This document shows positions 52,101 through 57,737 of a stretch of 57,737 nt of DNA, one piece after another. The DNA is from Tubiluchus corallicola. Its lineage: Eukaryota; Animalia; Priapulida. Position 1 is the first letter of the stretch. The number at the start of each line of letters is the position of its first letter. Both the position numbers and the translations under genes were made by a program. The notes under the pieces were generated by a model. It was not told where the DNA came from. It worked only from the letters and a program-made list of their open reading frames with translations, and did no database searches. The stretch spans positions 102,121-159,857 of the forward strand of contig JAQGDQ010000507.1 of NCBI GenBank assembly GCA_030141605.1. Direction: 5' to 3'.

Positions 52101-55100
52101 TGCATGGCTGCAACTGTACGAAACAACAAACGGAGTAAGCAAGCCATTATATAAAGTTTACCAACAAGAAAAACATTCTTCTAAATGCTTTTGAATAGGT
52201 AGCGATCATAGATTTAGTATTTAAGAAATAAAAAAAAGTTCTTTGCTTTTGGTGGCAAATTTTAGACAAAACAAATTGACTTAAGGTGCATCGGCAAAGA
52301 AGATGTGGCTAACACAACTACATTTTACAGAAATAATACAACAACAAATGACCCAGTCTCAAATAATCAATGTTCAGAAGACTGAGGCACTTAAAACGTT
52401 AGAGTGATCTCCTGAGACTGGCTTTGCTAAATTAGTTTGCTAAAAATAGACAATAAACAGCTTCACAAGTCAGAAGGCTAACTAGACAAATTAAAAAACA
52501 ATGCACGAGATACTAGGTTGCCTGTAACGCTCTCGATACTCTATATATGAGTGGAATCATATATGTATAAATAGTTTGTGATGAACTGCCTAAGCTTTGC
52601 TATGATAGATAAAGAATAACGATAACCTTCGAAAAAATACAGACTGGCACACAGTTAATTAAAGAATTATTTCAAATCAAAATGGCAATTAACAAGAAGT
52701 TTAGCAACAGTTATGAAGAAGTTCTGAAGGTAATTGCTAAGACAGTAGAATACAGGTAGAATTCAAGTAGAATTCAAGTAGAATACAGGTGAGCTGTGTT
52801 TTTATAAATCATAAATCGTTTCTCTAAACTTCAAGGCAACAACCGCTTATGTTAACAAAGCATTGCGCTCATACTGGCATAGCATAATTTTTTATAAAGC
52901 CTCTAAACAAATTATTGTTTTCCATTGCATTTACTTGACAAATGAAACTACGGAAGGAAAAAAATTAATGCCACACAAACCTTCGTCCGCATTCAACTCC
53001 TTCCGACACACCGTCTTGCACATGGCAAGAAAAGACAGGAAATATTCCGTGATGTTGTCGTCATACTTCCGATCCAACCTTGCTAGCGACTTGAACCGCG
53101 ACCAGTCGTACGTCTTCGTCTTCTTGCTGTACTCGACACCGAAGCTAGAGACCACCCTGTAGAAATCAGCCTCTTCACGTCTCGACCACCTAGTGCGAGA
53201 AAGCAAACAAGCAAACAATTACTTAAATAGGTTCAGTTTAAAAAAGATTGTAAGTAATAAACAATATCACATGTAAAGCAAATCTAGGTTTTCCATTAGC
53301 ACTGAGATGTCTCATAAACATGAGATGCTCAGATGTTTTTTGGCAGGAGGATGTTGTGCTATTGTCTACAACTTTTCACTTTTTTGATGAATTTACTTTG
53401 TGTAATGTTGAACAGTTGTCTTGATGTACTTCAACTTGGTGTAAAATATTGTGATTTCAGTCAGAAATTTAACTAACAAACATTCTCGTTATAGAAGCCA
53501 CAAGAAAATACATTAGAATAACCAAATACAGTAGTTAATTCAAATGTAGTTAATTACAATAAATATAAATGTGATTCATTAATTCAAAAATAAGCATGAC
53601 GTAACGTAATATAACACAGGATTACATCACATGACATGACATGACATGATATGACACGACATGACATGATATGACACGACATGACATGATATGACACGAC
53701 ACGACATGACCTATTACTATTATAAAATGTGTGATTCGTTAATTCAAAAATAAGCATGACGTAACGTAATATAACACAGCATCACATTACATGGCATGCC
53801 ATGATATGACAGGGCATGATATAACACAGCATAACAGAGCACAAGGCAATGCAACACAACACAATATAACAACATAGTATAACATAACACAAAGTGAACT
53901 TTATTGACCAAAAAGTACCAAATTGACCAAACTGAGCATACAATTTTCGAATTCATTATAAATAGTTGGTTTATTTACAAACAAAAAGAACAATTCTTCA
54001 TAATTTACGATAAGAAGAGATCACAGATCAAGCGATTGCTAAAAGTACAAAAATATTTCAGAATAACTTTAAAAATTACAATTATTCTCTGTATATAATC
54101 ACCTTGTAGTTAATTCTCTTTTAAAGCAGAGCGTATTCTTACCTTTGTTGCATGACCTTCTTCTGCTGTTCGCGAAACTTCATGGCCTCCTGCGCCCTCT
54201 GGCGGCGTTCCACTTTCTTAGACTCTGCTTCATTCTTAAGCATTTGCCGCTTGAAGTTGCGCTGATATCCGGTAATGAGTTTTCTTAAGCGCGTGTTCAT
54301 CTCCGAAGAGCTGGGGAATGGTCTCAAGCCTTCCTCGGCTAAAACAGAAAAGACAAAATTAACGATCGACTTTATGTGTGGAACTATGCAATAATCACTT
54401 ACAATAATAAATTTCTTGTAACTAATTAATAATTAAATTAATAAAAGTCCTTTCTGTATTTTGATAAAGATTTTGCACTGCAATGTAAAAAGAATTAACT
54501 ACTAAACGACACACCTTGTCATATCTAACTGCACACATTGTCATATCTAACTGCACACCTTGTGATATCTAACTGCACACCTTGTCGTATCTAACTGCAC
54601 ACCTTGTCGTATCTAACTGCACACCTTGTCGTATCTAACTGCACACCTTGTCGTATCTAACTGCACACCTTGTCTTATCTAACTGCACACCTTGTCATAT
54701 CTAACTACACACCTTGTCGTATCTAACTGCACACCTTGTCGTATCTAACTGCACACATTGTCGTATCTAACTGCACACCTTGTCTTATCTGACTGCACAC
54801 CTTGTCATATCTAACTGCACACCTTGTCGTATCTAATTGCACACCTTGTCGTATCTGACTACACACTTTGTCTTATCTAACTGCACACCTTGTCATATCT
54901 AACTGCACACCTTGTCATATCTAACTGCACACCTTGTCGTATCTAACTGCACACCTTGTCGTATCTAACTGCACACCTTGTCGTATCTAACTGCACACCT
55001 TGTCGTATCTAACTGCACACCTTGTCGTATCTGACTGCACACCTTGTCTTATCTAACTGCACACCTTGTCATATCTAACTGCACACCTTGTCATATCTAA

Positions 55101-57559
55101 CTGCACACCTTGTCATATCTAACTGCACACCTTGTCGTATCTGACTGCACACCTTGTCATATCTGACTGCACACCTTGTCATATCTGACTGCACACCTTG
55201 TCATATCTAACTGCACACCTTGTCGTATCTAACTGCACACCTTGTCGTATCTGACTACACACTTTGTCTTATCTAACTGCACACCTTGTCATATCTAACT
55301 GCACACCTTGTCATATCTAACTGCACACCTTGTCGTATCTGACTGCACACCTTGTCTTATCTGACTGCACACCTTGTCTTATCTGACTGCACACCTTGTC
55401 ATATCTAACTGCACACCTTGTCATATCTAACTGCACACCTTGTCTTATCTAACTGCACACCTTGTCATATCTAACTGCACACTTTGTCTTATCTAACTGC
55501 ACACCTTGTCATATCTAACTGCACACCTTGTCATATCTAACTGCACACTTTGTCTTATCTAACTGCACACCTTGTCATATCTGACTGCACACCTTGTCTT
55601 ATCTGACTGCACACCTTGTCATATCTAACTGCACACCTTGTCATATCTAACTGCACACCTTGTCTTATCTAACTGCACACCTTGTCATATCTAACTGCAC
55701 ACTTTGTCTTATCTAACTGCACACCTTGTCATATCTAACTGCACACCTTGTCATATCTAACTGCACACTTTGTCTTATCTAACTGCACACCTTGTCATAT
55801 CTGACTGCACACCTTGTCATATCTGACTGCACACCTTGTCATATCTAACTGCACACCTTGTCATATCTAACTGCACACCTTGTCTTATCTAACTGCACAC
55901 CTTGTCATATCTAACTGCACACTTTGTCTTATCTAACTGCACACCTTGTCATATCTAACTGCACACCTTGTCATATCTAACTGCACACTTTGTCTTATCT
56001 AACTGCACACCTTGTCATATCTGACTGCACACCTTGTCGTATCTGACTGCACACCTTGTCATATCTAACTGCACACCTTGTCATATCTGACTGCACACCT
56101 TGTCTTATCTAACTGCACACCTTGTCATATCTAACTGCACACTTTGTCTTATCTAACTGCACACCTTGTCATATCTAACTGCACACCTTGTCATATCTAA
56201 CTGCACATCTTGTCATATCTAACTGCACACCTTGTCATATCTGACTGCACACATTGTCATATCTAACTGCACACCTTGTCGTATCTGACTGCACACCTTG
56301 TCATATCTGACTGCACACCTTGTCATATCTAACTGCACACCTTGTCATATCTAACTGCACACCTTGTCGTATCTGACTGCACACCTTGTCATATCTAACT
56401 GCACACCTTGTCATATCTGACTGCACACCTTGTCATATCTACCTACACACATTGTCATATCTGACTGCACACTTTGTCTTATCTAACTGCACACATTGTC
56501 ATATCTAAAAGTAAATGATAGGCAAGTAAAGCCTTGTGGCAGGGATTGATAAATGATGTAAAATAACACACACCAAGCGAGTGAAAATTTCAACATTCGC
56601 AACAACATTTGCGACGCTTATGTCTGGATAATTTGAAGCACTGCCAAAAAACAATGAGTTTATGAAAGTTCAAAGTTCAAGCTCACAAAAATAAACGGTG
56701 TGCCAATATCTAAAACTGCAGACATAAAAAAATCAGTGAATACAGTTTGCAATACAATTCTTTAATCATGACAAACATTCAAACTTTATTGCGCAGTGAA
56801 TCTGTTATAGCTACAGCCCAGACGGTGGCACTGTCTCAGTTGAGCTCCGGTCAGTTTATTTCTACAGTCGACCTAGCCGATAAGAAACCCAGCTTTAGTC
56901 AAGCCAGCCGCTCAGTTATGGGAGTCGAGCTAGACGAAATTTTTGCCCGCTGAGAAGATTTTTGCTCTTACAATAATCACGTGACACTGCAAATTTTCTG
57001 TGAAGAGTAAAGATGGCAGTCGTATACCCTTAAAATTTATACAGAGAATTACTGTACAACATTTTTTGGTAATATGATTGGGTATAAAATTGTAACATTT
57101 TATTCGTACCCTTTTCAAATTTTTATCACGCATTTTGCATTTGCATTTTTGCATATCATAAAAGCATTCGTCGAGACATCAGTACAATGCATTACTGTAT
57201 GAATGCATGTATTATATGCTGGCTAGAAACGTGGTAAGAGTATTAGCACGTTACCAACAGCTGTCCATATTCAACAATATAATGCCTGATATATACGAAA
57301 TGTATGGAAACATGGTGCCTACTATCATATCTGGCATCATAAAAAGGAAAAAACGTCAAAGTGCAAAATGTTTCCCTGTAGTTTGATATGTGCTATTTTT
57401 CCTTACTAGACCACACGGCCAGCCTTGACGGTGAATAATATCAAACAAAACAAGTACGTACTTGTTTCGGCAGATTTCTTCTGTTCGGTAGTGGGCTTCG
57501 TCAACTGCGAATCATCATCTTCCTCATCATTAGCATCCATGGTGTCCTCCATATTTTGG
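39439..57559 (-). CDS. CHD7: CHD7/Kismet-like (CHD6-9 subfamily) chromatin remodeller, last 14 coding exons; chromo and ATPase exons lie beyond the window
   Basis: Phase-consistent exons encoding [74 protein letters not shown] and two BRK domains. The symbol means pro-ortholog of CHD6/7/8/9. Confidence 0.94.
40846..40950 (-). CDS. CHD7: CHD7-like exon, BRK domain 2 second half
   Basis: [28 protein letters not shown]. Confidence 0.92.
41023..42484. repeat. Minisatellite, 46-bp unit, ~32 copies, fills the intron splitting BRK2
   Basis: TGCAGCATTCATACAATGTTGTGAAATGTTTATTTTATGCCATAAA repeated. Confidence 0.97.
42492..42608 (-). CDS. CHD7: CHD7-like exon, BRK domain 2 first half
   Basis: [17 protein letters not shown]. 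Confidence 0.9.
42905..43053 (-). CDS. CHD7: CHD7-like exon, BRK domain 1
   Basis: [33 protein letters not shown]. Confidence 0.92.
43538..43795 (-). CDS. CHD7: CHD7-like exon
   Basis: GVLDLHVQK...KRRKRK; phase 1/1. Confidence 0.78.
44022..44484. mobile_element. hAT-family MITE
   Basis: TIR CAGGGATGAGAAT / ATTCTCATCCCTG with perfect 8-bp TSD CTTTGGAC. Confidence 0.92.
44783..44881 (-). CDS. CHD7: CHD7-like exon
   Basis: AKLHGMQQ...[14 protein letters not shown]; phase 1/1. Confidence 0.75.
44975..45368. mobile_element. Tc1/mariner-superfamily (Tigger-like) MITE
   Basis: TA|CAGTGTTCC ... GGAACACTG|TA. Confidence 0.8.
45672..46043. mobile_element. Tc1/mariner-superfamily (pogo-like) MITE
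   Basis: TA|CCGTATTTATTCGAGTA ... TACTCGAATAAATACGG; right TA not preserved. Confidence 0.82.
46222..46294 (-). CDS. CHD7: CHD7-like exon
   Basis: [24 protein letters not shown]; CAG/GTGAGT; phase consistent. Confidence 0.75.
46873..47136 (-). CDS. CHD7: CHD7-like exon
   Basis: [21 protein letters not shown]. Confidence 0.88.
48275..48450 (+). mobile_element. Probable LINE/SINE 3' tail (L2/CR1-like)
   Basis: Stem-loop AGGGCAGG...CCTGCCCT, then AATAAA and a (TCTGTG/TCTATG)n tail. Confidence 0.5.
48888..49007 (-). CDS. CHD7: CHD7-like exon
   Basis: [20 protein letters not shown]. Confidence 0.88.
49394..49932 (-). CDS. CHD7: CHD7-like exon (E/K/D-rich)
   Basis: Open frame with AG/GT boundaries, phase 1/0. 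Confidence 0.85.
50236..50619 (-). mobile_element. Solo-LTR-like element with HSE, TATA box and poly(A) signal
   Basis: TGTTG...TAACA termini on the minus strand; TATATAA (50495-50489) and AATAAA (50339-50334) in LTR order; no clear TSD. Confidence 0.5.
50522..50541. promoter_or_regulatory. Perfect 4-unit heat-shock element
   Basis: aGAAagTTCtaGAAacTTCt. Confidence 0.6.
50647..50798 (-). CDS. CHD7: CHD7-like exon
   Basis: [18 protein letters not shown]. Confidence 0.88.
51900..52113 (-). CDS. CHD7: CHD7-like exon
   Basis: [17 protein letters not shown]...[10 protein letters not shown]. Confidence 0.93.
52981..53189 (-). CDS. CHD7: CHD7-like exon (SANT-like)
   Basis: [20 protein letters not shown]...FLAMCKTVC. 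Confidence 0.93.
53572..53890. repeat. Degenerate pentanucleotide repeats (CATGA/ACAAC-type) with a ~60-bp local duplication
   Basis: (ACATG)n-like run 53625-53710; TTCAAAAATAAGCATGACGTAACG occurs twice. Confidence 0.75.
54143..54338 (-). CDS. CHD7: CHD7-like exon
   Basis: [25 protein letters not shown]. Confidence 0.92.
54509..56507. repeat. Minisatellite, 22-bp unit (ACACCTTGTCATATCTAACTGC), ~91 copies, CHD7-like intron
   Basis: Direct inspection. Confidence 0.98.
57462..57559 (-). CDS. CHD7: CHD7-like exon (acidic linker)
   Basis: [32 protein letters not shown]; phase matches next exon. Confidence 0.75.
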
Positions 57560-57737
57560 CTGAAAAACAGCAAATTCTGATTCTACCGCGAGCATTAAAA
57601 CTTACATATGGAAAGATGCATATTATAATGAAAAAAAATGACACAAGGAATGAAGATTAAGATTAAAGGAAACTAAATGTATTAGATTTTTAATTTTTTT
57701 CATTTTTATTTTATTTCAGTACATATAGTACCATATG

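Noticed and set aside
54509-56507. CTAAC/CTGAC branch-point-like motif in every unit
   Set aside because: On the strand opposite to the CHD7-like transcript.
56741-57200. Possible further TA-flanked MITE
   Set aside because: Only 4 bp of terminal inverted match.

Overview
AT-rich, intron-rich animal (invertebrate-like) genomic DNA, not prokaryotic. (1) 1-7199: a near full-length but frameshifted Bel/Pao LTR retrotransposon (+), with a SAP-like DNA-binding domain at the Gag N-terminus, no tRNA-type PBS, and LTRs that differ mainly in their first ~250 bp. It appears to sit antisense in an intron of syntaxin-16. (2) STX16 (-): coding exons 1-7 at 13760-8003, including a GC-AG donor; the remaining exons must lie left of the window. 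(3) Head-to-head with it, a complete 7-coding-exon PABPN1 (+, 16424-32528). (4) Tail-to-tail with PABPN1, the last 14 coding exons of a CHD7/Kismet-type (CHD6-9) remodeller (-, 57559-39439) with two BRK domains. About 12 kb (~20%) is seven unrelated minisatellite arrays (units 22, 24, 27, 24, 70, 46, 22 bp), most close to splice sites; these produce the long repetitive ORFs in the track, which are not genes. Introns also carry MITEs (Tc1/mariner-, hAT-, piggyBac- and Kolobok-like), two Helitron-like copies, LINE 3' remnants and a solo-LTR-like piece with a perfect heat-shock element next to a TATA box. All calls are by eye and from recalled family motifs; no searches were run.
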